A model generated the notes under the pieces. The model made no database searches. It was not told the origin of the DNA and worked only from the letters and a program-made list of their open reading frames with translations. The translations under genes were made by a program, and so were the position numbers. DNA of 64,000 nt, taken from Armatimonadota bacterium. Lineage in GTDB: Bacteria > Armatimonadota > HRBIN16. Location: positions 4,256,001 to 4,320,000 of the forward strand of contig OY781964.1 of the NCBI GenBank assembly GCA_963677485.1, written 5' to 3'. Positions 8,716-19,757 of the stretch are shown here, piece after piece. The first letter of the stretch is position 1, and every line of letters starts with the position of its first letter.

Positions 8716-9632
8716 TCACTGACTTACTGGACCTTAAAGGCGTATCAGCAGAGGACATCAAGACCCTGCTGGACAGCGCAGATTCCTTCAAAGACATTCT
8801 CTACCGCGACATTAAAAAAGTGCCCACCCTGCGGGGCCGGTCACTCTGCACACTATTTTACGAAAACAGCACCCGCACGCGCGTCTCGTTTGAGACCGCC
8901 GCCAAGGTGATGTCCGCCGATACCGCCAGCGTGAGTGCTTCGGGCAGCTCCATCCAAAAGGGCGAAAGCCTGGCCGACACCATCTGGACGCTCCGGGCGA
9001 TGCAGTTTGATGCGCTGGTGATGCGGCACCCTCAAAGCGGTGCGGCAGCTTACGCGGCGGCCAAGCTGGACATTCCTGTAATCAACGCCGGCGACGGAAT
9101 GCACGCCCATCCCACTCAAGCACTGCTGGATATGCTGACCATCAGGCAGCACACAGGCCAGTTGGAGGGGTTGACCGTAGCGATAGTGGGGGATATCTCT
9201 CACAGCCGCGTGGCGCGCAGCAATGTCTGGGGGATGAGCATTATGGGTATGAACGTGCGGCTGGTGGCACCGCGCACCCTGTTGCCTCGCGACGTAGAGC
9301 GGTTTCCCGCCCAGGTCAGCACCAGTCTGCGTGACGGCATCGCCGGGGCTGATGTGGTGATGTGCCTGCGGCTTCAGAGTGAGCGCATGAGCGGTGGTCT
9401 GCTGCCCAGCCTGTCGGAATACGCTCAGCAATGGGGTATCAACAGTGACACAATCAAGTACGCCCAACCCGGTGCGTTGGTCATGCATCCCGGGCCGATG
9501 AACCGCGGTGTGGAGATATCGGCAGAGATGGCCGACTCGCCGCAATCGGTGGTGCTGGAGCAGGTCACTAATGGGGTGGCCATCCGCATGTCGGTTCTCT
9601 ACCATCTGCTAGGAGGGGGTTCGGAAGCGTGA
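8712..9632 (+). CDS. pyrB: Aspartate carbamoyltransferase catalytic subunit
   Basis: FYENSTRTRVSFE, HPTQALLD, HPGPMNRG. Confidence 0.97.
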   Translation: MITDLLDLKGVSAEDIKTLLDSADSFKDILYRDIKKVPTLRGRSLCTLFYENSTRTRVSFETAAKVMSADTASVSASGSSIQKGESLADTIWTLRAMQFDALVMRHPQSGAAAYAAAKLDIPVINAGDGMHAHPTQALLDMLTIRQHTGQLEGLTVAIVGDISHSRVARSNVWGMSIMGMNVRLVAPRTLLPRDVERFPAQVSTSLRDGIAGADVVMCLRLQSERMSGGLLPSLSEYAQQWGINSDTIKYAQPGALVMHPGPMNRGVEISAEMADSPQSVVLEQVTNGVAIRMSVLYHLLGGGSEA

Positions 9633-10900
9633 CAAAGCTGTTAAAAGGGGCCAGGATCATCGATCCTTCCCAAAACATGGATGCGATCGCCGACCTGTTG
9701 ATAGAGGATGGCAAAGTGGCCGCCATCGGCGAAGGCCTGAGTGGCGATGAGGTGGTCGACTGCACCGGTCTGGTGCTGTCACCTGGGCTAATCGACCTGC
9801 ATGTGCATCTGCGCGAACCGGGCCAGGAATACAAAGAGGACATCGAGTCCGGCACCATGGCCGCCGCGGCGGGCGGGGTCACTGGTGTGGTCTGTATGCC
9901 TAACACCGTGCCGCCCATCGATGACCCAGTCATCGTGCGCGGTATCCTGCAGAGGGCGGCTGAGGTTGGTAAAGCACGGGTCTACCCGGCTGCTGCCGTG
10001 ACCAGGAACCTGCAGGATGAAGGTCTGACAGACATGGCCGCGCTGAAGCAGGCTGGAGCGGTCGCCGTGACGGATGATGCCCATCCGCTGGCACTGGCTG
10101 GTGTTCTGCGCCGCGCGTGTGAGTATGCCCAAATGTTCAAGCTTCCTGTGATGCTTCACTGCGAGGACAAAACGCTCAGCGGCGAAGGCTTCATGAATGA
10201 GGGCTACACCTCCACTGAGATCGGTCTGAAGGGCATGCCCACGATCGCCGAAGATATCCATGTCAGCCGAAACTGCACGATGTCGCTGTATACGGGAGCG
10301 CATGTGCATATGCTGCATGTCAGCAGCGCGTTCAGCGTGGACCTGATCCGCAAAGCGAAGGCCAGGGGTGCCAATGTGACGGCGGAAACCTGTCCGCATT
10401 ACTTTACCCTCACCGACGAAGCGTGCGTGGGATATGACACGAACTTCAAAATGAACCCTCCGCTGCGCGATGAGGCCAGTCGACTGGCGGTGCTGGAAGG
10501 GCTGCTCGATGGCACCATTGATGCCATCTCAACCGACCATGCGCCTCACGCCAAAATGGAGAAGGACAAAGAGTTTGGTTACGCTCCGTTTGGAGTGGTT
10601 GGTCTGGAGACCAGTTTCGCGGTGAGCTACACCTACCTCGTCAAGACCGGCAAGATGAGTCTGATGGAGCTCATCAACAAGATGAGCACGATGCCTGCTA
10701 GAATTATCGGCGTGCCGGGCGGCAGCCTCAAGGTGGGCTGTGTGGCGGATATCGCACTTTTTGACATCAACCAAGAATGGACGGTCGATCCAGACCAGTT
10801 CTATTCGAAGTCTCAAAACACCACGTTTAAGGGCTGGCCGCTAACGGGCCGAGCTGTACACACGCTGCTTGGTGGTGAGACGGTATACCAGTTACGATGA
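9629..10900 (+). CDS. pyrC: Dihydroorotase
   Basis: DLHVHLREPG, MPNTVP, KMNPPLR, STDHAPH. Confidence 0.96.
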   Translation: MTKLLKGARIIDPSQNMDAIADLLIEDGKVAAIGEGLSGDEVVDCTGLVLSPGLIDLHVHLREPGQEYKEDIESGTMAAAAGGVTGVVCMPNTVPPIDDPVIVRGILQRAAEVGKARVYPAAAVTRNLQDEGLTDMAALKQAGAVAVTDDAHPLALAGVLRRACEYAQMFKLPVMLHCEDKTLSGEGFMNEGYTSTEIGLKGMPTIAEDIHVSRNCTMSLYTGAHVHMLHVSSAFSVDLIRKAKARGANVTAETCPHYFTLTDEACVGYDTNFKMNPPLRDEASRLAVLEGLLDGTIDAISTDHAPHAKMEKDKEFGYAPFGVVGLETSFAVSYTYLVKTGKMSLMELINKMSTMPARIIGVPGGSLKVGCVADIALFDINQEWTVDPDQFYSKSQNTTFKGWPLTGRAVHTLLGGETVYQLR

Positions 10901-10903
10901 GTG

Positions 10904-10934
10904 AAAGCCTGCCCTTGATACCGGCAGGCTTTTT
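10904..10934 (+). terminator. Intrinsic terminator between pyrC and carA
   Basis: AAAGCCTGCC-N9-GGCAGGCTTT followed by TT. Confidence 0.7.
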
Positions 10935-10964
10935 GATGAAATAGCACAAGGGGGAAGCAGAGAT

Positions 10965-12083
10965 ATGCGTTCGATACTCGTTCTAGAAGACGGCTCGGTG
11001 TATGAGGGGCTCAGCTACGGAGCCATCGGCACCGCAGTCGGGGAGGTCGTCTTCAATACCGGCATGACCGGCTACCAGGAGATTTTGACCGACCCAAGCT
11101 ACGCAGGACAGATCGTCACCTTGACCTACCCTTTGATAGGCAACTACGGCATCAACCCGGAAGACATTGAGAGCCGCGCTCTGCAGCCGAAGGCCCTGGT
11201 GGTGCATCAGGCTTGTGCGGTGCCCAGCAACTGGCGCATGAGCATCAGCTTGAATGATTACCTGAAAGAGTTCGGCATGCTTGGGCTTCATGGCATCGAC
11301 ACACGCACCCTCACCCGTGAGATACGCCACGCCGGCGTTATGATGGGTGTGGTCACAAATGAGCTGACCACTGCCGAAGCTTTGGCTGTGCTCAAGGCTG
11401 CCCCCAAATATGATGACAATAACTATGTGAAGCAGGTCACCACGCCTGAGCCATATGTATGGGACATCAACGGAATGAAGCCGTCCATCGCGCCAGCTCT
11501 GCCGGGCACGAAGTATCGCCTGACCATGATCGACTGCGGCTTGAAGTATAACATCCTGCGCCGGTTTGCCAGTTTTGGTTCCCGAATCACGGTGATGCCC
11601 TGCACCAGCACGGCTGAGGATGTGATGCGCACCAATCCTGACGGCATTTTGCTCTCACCTGGGCCTGGTGATCCGGCTCTGCTTGGTGACATCGTGGCGC
11701 TAGTGAAGAAACTTTCTACACAGAAGCCGATGTTTGGCATCTGTCTGGGTAACCAGATGGTGGGATGCGCCTTCGGCGGCCATACCTTCAAGTTGAAGTT
11801 TGGGCATAGAGGGGCGAACCATCCTGTGCATGACCTGTTCAGTGACAAGGTGCGGATTACATCCCAGAATCACGGGTATGCGCTTGATCCCAACGGGCTG
11901 GGCGATGGTATGCAGGTCTGGCAGCAGAACCTGAACGACGGCACCGTCGAAGGTCTGCGCCACTGCGAGCTGCCCATCATGACCATCCAGTACCACCCGG
12001 AAGCCTCACCTGGTCCGCGAGATAGTGACCCGTATTTCGGTGAGTTCTTGAATTTAGTCGACCAGTATAAGAGTGCCAAGTAG
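10965..12083 (+). CDS. carA: Carbamoyl-phosphate synthase small subunit
   Basis: GEVVFNTGMTGYQE, LSPGPGDP, GICLG, QYHPEASPGP. Confidence 0.97.
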   Translation: MRSILVLEDGSVYEGLSYGAIGTAVGEVVFNTGMTGYQEILTDPSYAGQIVTLTYPLIGNYGINPEDIESRALQPKALVVHQACAVPSNWRMSISLNDYLKEFGMLGLHGIDTRTLTREIRHAGVMMGVVTNELTTAEALAVLKAAPKYDDNNYVKQVTTPEPYVWDINGMKPSIAPALPGTKYRLTMIDCGLKYNILRRFASFGSRITVMPCTSTAEDVMRTNPDGILLSPGPGDPALLGDIVALVKKLSTQKPMFGICLGNQMVGCAFGGHTFKLKFGHRGANHPVHDLFSDKVRITSQNHGYALDPNGLGDGMQVWQQNLNDGTVEGLRHCELPIMTIQYHPEASPGPRDSDPYFGEFLNLVDQYKSAK

Positions 12084-12119
12084 GCTGTCAACAGTTTCAG
12101 AGTTAAGAGAGGTTCGTTC

Positions 12120-13805
12120 ATGCCAGTAAGACAAGATATCAAAAAGGTGATGGTGATAGGCTCGGGTCCGATCGTCATCGGACAAGCGGCGGAGTTTGAT
12201 TACGCGGGCACTCAGGCCTGCCGTGCCCTGCGTGAAGAGGGTATGTTCGTGATCCTGATGAACTCCAACCCGGCCACCATCATGACCGATAACGAAGTGG
12301 CGGACAGAGTTTATATTGAGCCGTTGACGGTGGAATTTGCTGAGAAGGTGATCGCACGCGAACGTCCAGACGGACTGCTGCCCACCCTGGGAGGGCAGAC
12401 CGGGCTTAACCTGGCGGTGAACCTGGCACAGGCAGGCATTCTTGAGAAGTATAACGTGGAGCTGCTGGGCACCTCACTGGACGCCATTCAGAAGGCGGAA
12501 GACCGCGAGTTGTTTCGCAACACGATGAACAGCATCGATCAGCCGGTGCCGCAAAGTTGGATTGTAGAAAGCGTAGACCAGTTGCGGGAAGTGGCGGAGC
12601 TCTGCCCGTATCCGGCCATCATCCGCCCCGCTTACACGCTGGGCGGTACCGGCGGCGGTATCGCGGCCACCAAAGAGGAGCTGCTGAGCATCGGCGAGAA
12701 GGGGCTTAGCCTCTCCATGCGCAACCAGGTGCTGATTGAGCGTAGCCTGATCGGGTGGAAAGAGGTGGAGTATGAAGTGATGCGTGACGGCAACGACACG
12801 TGCATCACGGTCTGCTCGATGGAAAACTTCGACCCCATGGGTATTCATACCGGCGACAGCATCGTAGCTGCACCCACACAGACACTGACCGACAAAGAGT
12901 ATCACATGCTGCGCACGGCTTCGCTGAAGATCATCTGTGCGCTGGGGATTGAAGGCGGCTGTAATGTGCAGCTTGCGCTGTCACCGCACAGCTTTGAGTA
13001 TTTCGTTATCGAAGTCAACCCGCGTGTGAGCCGATCCTCTGCATTGGCGTCTAAAGCCACAGGCTATCCGATCGCACGTGTGGCGGCTAAGATCGCCATT
13101 GGGCTGAGGCTGGACGAGATCAGCAACGAAGTCACTGGCATGACGAAGGCTTGTTTCGAGCCTGCGATTGACTACATCGTGGTGAAGTTCCCACGTTGGC
13201 CTTTTGATAAGTTCGTAACAGCAGACCGCCGCGTAGGCACTCAGATGAAAGCCACTGGCGAAATCATGGCCATTGACCGCACCTTTGAAGCCGCTTTGAT
13301 GAAGGCCATCCGAAGCCTCGAGATCGGTGCGATTGGGTTGACCCGTAAGGGAACCGCGAGCATGTCGGATATGCAGATCGAAGAGGGGATCGCAGTCGCC
13401 ACCGACGAACGTCTGTTTATCATCGCCGAGGCGTTCCGTCGCGGAATGATGGTGGAAGAGATACACCAGATCAGCAACATCGATGTCTGGTTCCTCGAAA
13501 AAGTGCGGCTGCTGGTGGAGATGGAAACCCGACTGAAAATCAACGCCAAGCAGCTTGCTGATTTCGCCAACGAGCCATCCTCAGTTTCCGATGATGTGTT
13601 GACTATGATACGAGACGCCAAGACGTTGAACTATCCTGACAAGATGCTGGCCGACATGGCCGGCGTCAGTGTCATTCAGATGCGCAAGGCGCGGCAGAGT
13701 GCGGGCATCATGCCGAATTACAAAATGGTCGATACCTGCGCCGCCGAGTTTGAAGCGCTCACACCATATTATTATGGAACTTACACCGCAGGCTCTACCG
13801 GCTGA
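12120..13805 (+). CDS. carB: Carbamoyl-phosphate synthase large subunit, N-terminal half only (561 aa)
   Basis: [47 protein letters not shown], then a stop codon. Confidence 0.92.
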   Translation: MPVRQDIKKVMVIGSGPIVIGQAAEFDYAGTQACRALREEGMFVILMNSNPATIMTDNEVADRVYIEPLTVEFAEKVIARERPDGLLPTLGGQTGLNLAVNLAQAGILEKYNVELLGTSLDAIQKAEDRELFRNTMNSIDQPVPQSWIVESVDQLREVAELCPYPAIIRPAYTLGGTGGGIAATKEELLSIGEKGLSLSMRNQVLIERSLIGWKEVEYEVMRDGNDTCITVCSMENFDPMGIHTGDSIVAAPTQTLTDKEYHMLRTASLKIICALGIEGGCNVQLALSPHSFEYFVIEVNPRVSRSSALASKATGYPIARVAAKIAIGLRLDEISNEVTGMTKACFEPAIDYIVVKFPRWPFDKFVTADRRVGTQMKATGEIMAIDRTFEAALMKAIRSLEIGAIGLTRKGTASMSDMQIEEGIAVATDERLFIIAEAFRRGMMVEEIHQISNIDVWFLEKVRLLVEMETRLKINAKQLADFANEPSSVSDDVLTMIRDAKTLNYPDKMLADMAGVSVIQMRKARQSAGIMPNYKMVDTCAAEFEALTPYYYGTYTAGSTG

Positions 13806-15292
13806 TCCTTCTGACGCGGGCGGGATGAGGCATTTCTCGCCCGCCCCTTTGACCACTGCCTGAGTGCTGTGATTTGCTCTTTCATGGTCTGTGACAGCGG
13901 CACCGTCTGGTGAAGCTCCTTGATGATGTGCTTGGCCTCAAGCTCCTCACCAGCATGAAATGCCTTGAACAAGCCGCCTATTACAGCTTGTTCTATTTCG
14001 GCTCCACTGAACCCGCTGGATGCTCCCGCTAACCGCTCCAAATCAAACTTCGTGGCATCACGCTTCCGCTTGTTGATATGAACCTCGAATATCTTCACCC
14101 GTTCGGACCTCTCAGGAAGGTCCGTGAAGAACACTTCGTCGAAGCGCCCTTTGCGTAACATTTCCGGTGGAATCTGCGACACATTATTAGCTGTCGCAGC
14201 CACAAAAACCGGGGCTGTCTTTTCTTGCATCCACGTCAGGAAACTAGCGAAGACTCGGGCGGTTGTCCCTCCGTCGCTCATACCGGAGCTCTGAACGCCG
14301 CTGAAGCCTTTGTCAAGCTCGTCGATCCACAGCACGCAAGGGGCCAACGCCTCAGCCTGTTGAATAGCTGCCCGCATGTTCTGCTCAGATGAACCCACCA
14401 GACTGCCAAACACGCGGCCAACATCTAACCGAAGCAGGGGCATGGACCACTCTGATGCAATCGCTCGGGCTGCCAGGCTCTTCCCGCATCCTTGCACACC
14501 GATAATCAAGACACCTTTGGGGTAGGGCAGTCCAAATTCGAGAGCTTTCGGACTGAACCCGTCCTTGCGCTGACGCAGCCAGTCCACTAAAAGATCCAAA
14601 CCTCCGATGGAACTAAAGGGCTCAGTGTGTCCTATGTAGTCCAAGATGCCGGATTTGCGGATGAGTTGCTGTTTCTGCTGAAGCACGACAGATGTTTGAA
14701 ATGAACCGGTCTGAGCTAGAGATAGCGCGAGCACATTTTCAATCTCCATGGCTGACAACCCGCTGGCGGCATCTACTAACTGCTGCATCTCTGGTTCCAT
14801 AACATCTTTGCCATTACCGAGGGCTTTGCTAGCGGTGATGATCATCTGCCTTACCTCATCACGGTCTGGCAATGGTAAATCCAACACGGTGATCAGGTGC
14901 AGCAGTTCAGACGGCACCGAAAGAACTGGTGATATTAATAACAGAGTGCTCTGACGTGTTCGAAAAACTGTGATGAGCTCCTTGAGTAGCCGCCTGTTAA
15001 TACTGTCATCAAGATACGGGTGAAAGTCTTTCATGATCAAGAGGCTGCGTGACGGCAGGTCGTGTGCTTGAAGTAGCGCCCTCACGGGTTTCATGGTATT
15101 TGGGTCAGGCCGTCCGTCAGATGAGAACCCCGTGGCGTTCGACCACTGCACAATCTGGTAACCAAGCTCCTCCGCAACAGGCATCAGAGCCTGGATGACT
15201 CTCGCCTCTTCTTGCGTCACAACATTAATAGCAGCGAAACGAGCCTTCAAAAGAAGGCGAAACTGCTGGCAGAACCCCTCGATTGCGGTCAT
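13781..15292 (-). CDS. AAA+ ATPase, Ycf46-like
   Basis: Walker A GVQGCGKS, Walker [21 protein letters not shown], degenerate N-terminal AAA (MKDFH), C-terminal [13 protein letters not shown]. Confidence 0.9.
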   Translation of the reverse strand: MTAIEGFCQQFRLLLKARFAAINVVTQEEARVIQALMPVAEELGYQIVQWSNATGFSSDGRPDPNTMKPVRALLQAHDLPSRSLLIMKDFHPYLDDSINRRLLKELITVFRTRQSTLLLISPVLSVPSELLHLITVLDLPLPDRDEVRQMIITASKALGNGKDVMEPEMQQLVDAASGLSAMEIENVLALSLAQTGSFQTSVVLQQKQQLIRKSGILDYIGHTEPFSSIGGLDLLVDWLRQRKDGFSPKALEFGLPYPKGVLIIGVQGCGKSLAARAIASEWSMPLLRLDVGRVFGSLVGSSEQNMRAAIQQAEALAPCVLWIDELDKGFSGVQSSGMSDGGTTARVFASFLTWMQEKTAPVFVAATANNVSQIPPEMLRKGRFDEVFFTDLPERSERVKIFEVHINKRKRDATKFDLERLAGASSGFSGAEIEQAVIGGLFKAFHAGEELEAKHIIKELHQTVPLSQTMKEQITALRQWSKGRARNASSRPRQKDQPVEPAV

Positions 15293-15566
15293 TTTAGCCT
15301 CAATTTTTAAAAAAACTTTGAAATTGGATGAATAAATATATACATCCCGCTCATAAAGATGGTACCATAAGAACGTTCAGGAGGATTAACCAACCAAATG
15401 AGCTGGATTCATGCTTGGTTTGTTTGCGAGACACGCCATGCGCTATGCGTATAAACATGATTCTATGTAAGTGTCCCGTCGTGTAAGCTTCACCAGAATT
15501 TAAAAGAATATGAGGAGTGCGCCTGCTATGTTGGGCGCTCCTGAGCTCTTCAAGGAGGCCTGAGTG

Positions 15567-16430
15567 ATGTCAGTTTCTCGAAATTTGAAGTTGTTCGCCG
15601 GCTTGACAGCCGCAGTTGCCCTTTTTGCAGGCTGCGGCGGTGGCGACAACACTGCTCCGTTAGAACTTCGCCCAATTATCAGTGGTACCTCGGTACAGAA
15701 CGGTGCTGATCAAACTGCCGGTCCTATCGTTATTGGTGCCAATTATCAAGTGCCAAACTACGGAGTAGTGCAAGCACAGATGGGTGCTGCGGTTGACGAC
15801 TATGCTGTAACTACTAATAGTCTGCCGACTGGACCTTTAACCAATCCTCCGACTCTGAATCAGAAGGGTGTTGCCTTCATCCGCGCCACCCGCTTCTTCC
15901 AGGGCGGCTTGGTTGGCGACCCAGTAGATCCAGGGATGGACATCTATCTCATCAGCCAGGCTGATGCGCTAGCTCCTACCACCCTTGCTGGTAAGCTCAA
16001 CGGCAGGTCATACTCTCCGATCATCAGCGTTCCTGATGTGAGGAACATCGCAATCGCGCTACGCCCAGGATACTACGCTGCAGCTATGCGTAGTGTACCT
16101 TTCTATCCTGGTCTAGAGGCTGCACGTGGAATAGTCATTTTCCGCGTCTGCGAACAACCATTGATCATAGCGGGTGTTTCCACCTTCCCAACCCAGGTCA
16201 CAATGGCCCTGCCTGCCTACGGTCAGGTTATGGACCACACTTCGACAATAGAAATAGAAACCAACTCTGCAGCTAACGCTGTTCGTGCAGGCTTCTACAT
16301 GGTGCATGCCAACGGCGTCTCGCAGCCAAGCGAGAAGGGCTTTATTGGCGGCAAGTCTATAGTCAACGGTGTTGATGGCGGACCTGCACTCGGGAACCCG
16401 ATCTCTCTCATCACTTCTTGGTCACTGTAA
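15567..16430 (+). CDS. Hypothetical lipoprotein
   Basis: Signal peptide with lipobox LFAG-C. AGGAGG RBS. Confidence 0.75.
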   Translation: MSVSRNLKLFAGLTAAVALFAGCGGGDNTAPLELRPIISGTSVQNGADQTAGPIVIGANYQVPNYGVVQAQMGAAVDDYAVTTNSLPTGPLTNPPTLNQKGVAFIRATRFFQGGLVGDPVDPGMDIYLISQADALAPTTLAGKLNGRSYSPIISVPDVRNIAIALRPGYYAAAMRSVPFYPGLEAARGIVIFRVCEQPLIIAGVSTFPTQVTMALPAYGQVMDHTSTIEIETNSAANAVRAGFYMVHANGVSQPSEKGFIGGKSIVNGVDGGPALGNPISLITSWSL

Positions 16431-16448
16431 GACTAAGGCCACTTAGAG

Positions 16449-17345
16449 ATGAAAACAGCTAGACTGATCAGTCTGCTGTGCGCATTAGGGACGGCCGCAA
16501 TTGCGGCCGCCCCTGTGTTTTCTCAGCCCTGGGGATCAAACGCGCAGAGCATTGACAACTCTTTTTCACCCGACTATTCGCTATTTTCCGCCAAAGCAGG
16601 GACCGTGGCCGCCGGTGGTGTCTACCGGGGTGCCGAACTGTCTGGGCGGGAACTGGTAATCCGAGAAACTTTCGTCTATGGAAATACAGCCGATGGCGTG
16701 GCTGGCTGGTACATGACGATGGACCAAGAAGCCATAGGTAAAACAAAGACCAACCGCTTTACCACCGACGCTAGTAAGTGGGGCATCGCCTACGGCAGAC
16801 CCCATAACTCATATGACGCATCCAATGTGGGAGTGTATTTCGAGCATACCGATGCTGGCGAAGGGACTCTTGTAAAAGATGCCAATCTACAGATACTGGC
16901 TAAAGTAAAAACTGATGCTTATGGCGTGTACACGGTTCGTAAACAGGGTGATATGACCTGGACATATACGGGACAGTATGCCGATGTCAAGGGTGGATCC
17001 GAAAGCGCAAAGGCCGTGACAGGCACCGCAATACTCGAAAAACCCTTAGGCAAAAGCCTCACCGCAAGGGCATCGTTAGGCCTTACCGGCCAGAGGATGC
17101 ACTCAAGCAACACCCTGAAGACTGTCATGAATGGTGCCCTCACATACCATCCTAATGACTGGTTCACGATGGAAATTGGCGGAACTCTGGCACCGAGCGG
17201 GCTTCCCGCTGCCGGATCTAACCTGTCTACCTTGAGCTGTTACAGTATCTATTTCCCGGATTCCGAAGGTTTAGTTGGCGACATGAAAGATAGCTCCGTT
17301 GCTGCCCTCACCTTCCGAGCAGTAATCAGCATCCCCGTAAAATAA
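16449..17345 (+). CDS. Exported hypothetical protein, possible outer-membrane beta-barrel
   Basis: Signal peptide. Alternating beta-strand pattern through to the C-terminus. Confidence 0.65.
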   Translation: MKTARLISLLCALGTAAIAAAPVFSQPWGSNAQSIDNSFSPDYSLFSAKAGTVAAGGVYRGAELSGRELVIRETFVYGNTADGVAGWYMTMDQEAIGKTKTNRFTTDASKWGIAYGRPHNSYDASNVGVYFEHTDAGEGTLVKDANLQILAKVKTDAYGVYTVRKQGDMTWTYTGQYADVKGGSESAKAVTGTAILEKPLGKSLTARASLGLTGQRMHSSNTLKTVMNGALTYHPNDWFTMEIGGTLAPSGLPAAGSNLSTLSCYSIYFPDSEGLVGDMKDSSVAALTFRAVISIPVK

Positions 17346-17362
17346 GTTTGAATTGCATTAAT

Positions 17363-17400
17363 CAAAGGGCCGTCACGTATTTGTGACGGCCCTTTGTTGT
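17363..17400 (+). terminator. Intrinsic terminator
   Basis: CAAAGGGCCGTCAC-N6-GTGACGGCCCTTTG followed by TTGT. Confidence 0.8.
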
Positions 17401-17441
17401 TATAATATTCGATAGAACTAAATGCACTGGGAGTAGCCGGC

Positions 17442-18515
17442 ATGATACTGGAATCCAAACCGAACTGGGAAGAAGCGAAGCAGCAATGGAGTGCGTGGTG
17501 GAACTGCGAAGCAGACCGGGAGCCGATGTTTATAGTCGTAGCTCCAAATCCAGATCCCAAGAACCAGGAAGCTTTACCTCAAGTCGATGCGTATAATGCA
17601 TGGACAAACGCTGAGTATCTTGTTAAGTCTGCCGCATATCGTTCAAATGTTTTATCATACATGGAACAAGGCTTTCCTTGGGCAAGTGCATCGCTAGGAC
17701 CTGGATCACTAAACACAATCCTAGGAACTGAACCCCATTTTGACGCTAACACCGTTTGGTATGATCCCTGCTGGACGAGCATTGACCAAGCCAATATCGA
17801 GCTGGATCCGAATAATATCTGGTACAAGTGGTCTCTCGAGACCACAAAGACTCTAGTAGATGCTGGTAAGGGCAAGTGGCTGGTCGGTATTCCTGACTTG
17901 ATGGAAAATATCGATGTCATCAGTGCTATGAGAGGGAATATGGAGCTTTTACTTGATCTGGTTGATGAACCAGAGCACATACATCGGCTGCAAAGACAGT
18001 TGCTGCAGGTATGGAAACAGGTTTATGATGCTATTTATGATCTCGTGAAGGATGAACAGGGTGGAAGCTCATTCTATGCCTTCGATATATGGGCTCCCGG
18101 CCGCATTCTCAAAGCTCAATGTGACTTCAGTGCCATGATCGGTAAGCCGATGTTTGACGAGTTCGTGATGCCATATCTGGTGGAGCAGCTGGAGATGGTT
18201 GACTATTCTATGTATCATCTTGATGGGCCGGATGCGATCAAGCATCTAGACAGCGTATTAAGCCTCGAGCGGTTACGTTGTTTGCAGTGGGTGGCAGGAG
18301 CTGGTCAGCCTGAGCTGCCTGATCCTGTGTGGGACAACATATATCGCAAGACGCTAGATGCAGGTAAGGCTCTTCACATCAACTTGCCATCCAGTGAGAC
18401 GGTGAACTTCGCAAAGCGGTGGGGTACCAAGGACCTGCTGATGATTACGTTCTGTCACAGTCATGAAGAAGCTACGCGTTTGATTGGCGAATTACGAGGC
18501 CTGAAGTTTAGCTAA
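17442..18515 (+). CDS. Uroporphyrinogen decarboxylase (URO-D/MtaA)-superfamily protein
   Basis: RGNMELLLDL, QCDFSAMIG..MFDEFVMP, YHLDGPDAIKHLD, QWVAGAG. Confidence 0.75.
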   Translation: MILESKPNWEEAKQQWSAWWNCEADREPMFIVVAPNPDPKNQEALPQVDAYNAWTNAEYLVKSAAYRSNVLSYMEQGFPWASASLGPGSLNTILGTEPHFDANTVWYDPCWTSIDQANIELDPNNIWYKWSLETTKTLVDAGKGKWLVGIPDLMENIDVISAMRGNMELLLDLVDEPEHIHRLQRQLLQVWKQVYDAIYDLVKDEQGGSSFYAFDIWAPGRILKAQCDFSAMIGKPMFDEFVMPYLVEQLEMVDYSMYHLDGPDAIKHLDSVLSLERLRCLQWVAGAGQPELPDPVWDNIYRKTLDAGKALHINLPSSETVNFAKRWGTKDLLMITFCHSHEEATRLIGELRGLKFS

Positions 18516-18541
18516 AGGCTTGGCTGCTTTAATGAAATGCA

Positions 18542-18580
18542 ATCGGGCGGATCGGACTGATCCGCCCGACCCGTCCGATC
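18542..18580. repeat. Hairpin made of 9-bp-period units between convergent genes (possible bidirectional terminator)
   Basis: TCGGGCGGATC-GGACT-GATCCGCCCGA plus CCCGTCCGATC. Confidence 0.6.
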
Positions 18581-18585
18581 TGGTG

Positions 18586-19746
18586 TTACTTACTTAACTT
18601 CTTCAGATAGCTCTGCATGTTTTGGTTGATTTCTGTAATTTCATTGTATATCGAGCCCGATCCCATTTTGGCATGCCATAGGTCAGGCTGCTCCAAGCAG
18701 TCGTAAGTCCAGTAGCAGGCTCCACAGAACCCGTCCGCGATCATACTGAGCAGATACCAGCGTATTGCCCCTGCAGCTTCCGCCTCCGTGTGATGCACCG
18801 TGGTGAAGGTGCCGAATTCCCCTGAAAACACAGGCTTTTTGTTACGCCTGCAGATGGGCAGCAGTTTCGGCCATTCACAGCACGCTTTATCTTCCGCATA
18901 TGCTTGAGGAGCAGGACCGTAGCAGTGGATATCAACGTATGACAGGTTGGATTGCGCTAATGCTAAAGGTCGGAACGGCACGCGCGGATCAGGTGCTTTG
19001 TCACTCCACATCTTGGCGATACGTGTACGGGCCACGGCACGCAGTGTGAACACGCTGAGTGATGTTTGCGCCCCTGGTGAAAGCTTGCGCACATGCGCAC
19101 TCAACTCGTTGCTATACTTAATGATCGCCTTGTCCAGCAGTTGCTGGCATTCATATGGGTTCGCCAAGTCCCAGGGTTTGTTGTTCCAAGTGATGATGCC
19201 TTGCGTGATGAAGGGCTTCAAGCTCATCTCAATGACAGCCTCGTTCTCAAACTCCCAGGAAAATACGGACTTCGGGAATGCCGGGTCCAGCTTACATAGC
19301 CCGGTGATCAGGCTGGTCAGGTACGCCTTCTTTGCCTCAATGTAACTCTTCTCAAAGAAGAACCGTGAGGTTCCTTCGAAAACGCCAGTTGCTTTCGCCG
19401 CTATGCTTTGGTAACGCTGGATGCCTGGGAAATAGTCCGCCACAATGATGATGTAGATTCCGTGCAGTCGGCATCTTTTAGCGAAATCCACCATGTTCTT
19501 TAGGAACGCGACGTTCAGCTTGTTGCCATCTGTTAGTTGCACGTTACCCAGGAATACCCGGACGATGTTGAACTTCGCGCGCATCATGTCATCCAGCATC
19601 GCTTCGACATGCTTAGGATCGTAGCTGCTTGGGGCAAATACGGTGTGGGCACCATTGGGCAGCAACCTTATATATTGAAACCCCATCGGCCGGAACTCCT
19701 TGCCGGTGCTCTGATTCATGAATCCATCTGCTGTGGGAATAAACAC
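18586..19746 (-). CDS. Clan-A (GH5-like) glycoside hydrolase
   Basis: FNIVRVF, SWEFENEA (acid/base), DIHCY, VFSGEFG (nucleophile), GACYWTY. Confidence 0.75.
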   Translation of the reverse strand: MFIPTADGFMNQSTGKEFRPMGFQYIRLLPNGAHTVFAPSSYDPKHVEAMLDDMMRAKFNIVRVFLGNVQLTDGNKLNVAFLKNMVDFAKRCRLHGIYIIIVADYFPGIQRYQSIAAKATGVFEGTSRFFFEKSYIEAKKAYLTSLITGLCKLDPAFPKSVFSWEFENEAVIEMSLKPFITQGIITWNNKPWDLANPYECQQLLDKAIIKYSNELSAHVRKLSPGAQTSLSVFTLRAVARTRIAKMWSDKAPDPRVPFRPLALAQSNLSYVDIHCYGPAPQAYAEDKACCEWPKLLPICRRNKKPVFSGEFGTFTTVHHTEAEAAGAIRWYLLSMIADGFCGACYWTYDCLEQPDLWHAKMGSGSIYNEITEINQNMQSYLKKLSK

Positions 19747-19757
19747 TGTAATACCCT

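Noticed and set aside
13805-13870. Stop-codon readthrough or frameshift extending carB
   Set aside because: The downstream DNA is the antisense strand of an intact AAA ATPase gene, and no CarB C-terminal motifs appear in the ORF track there.
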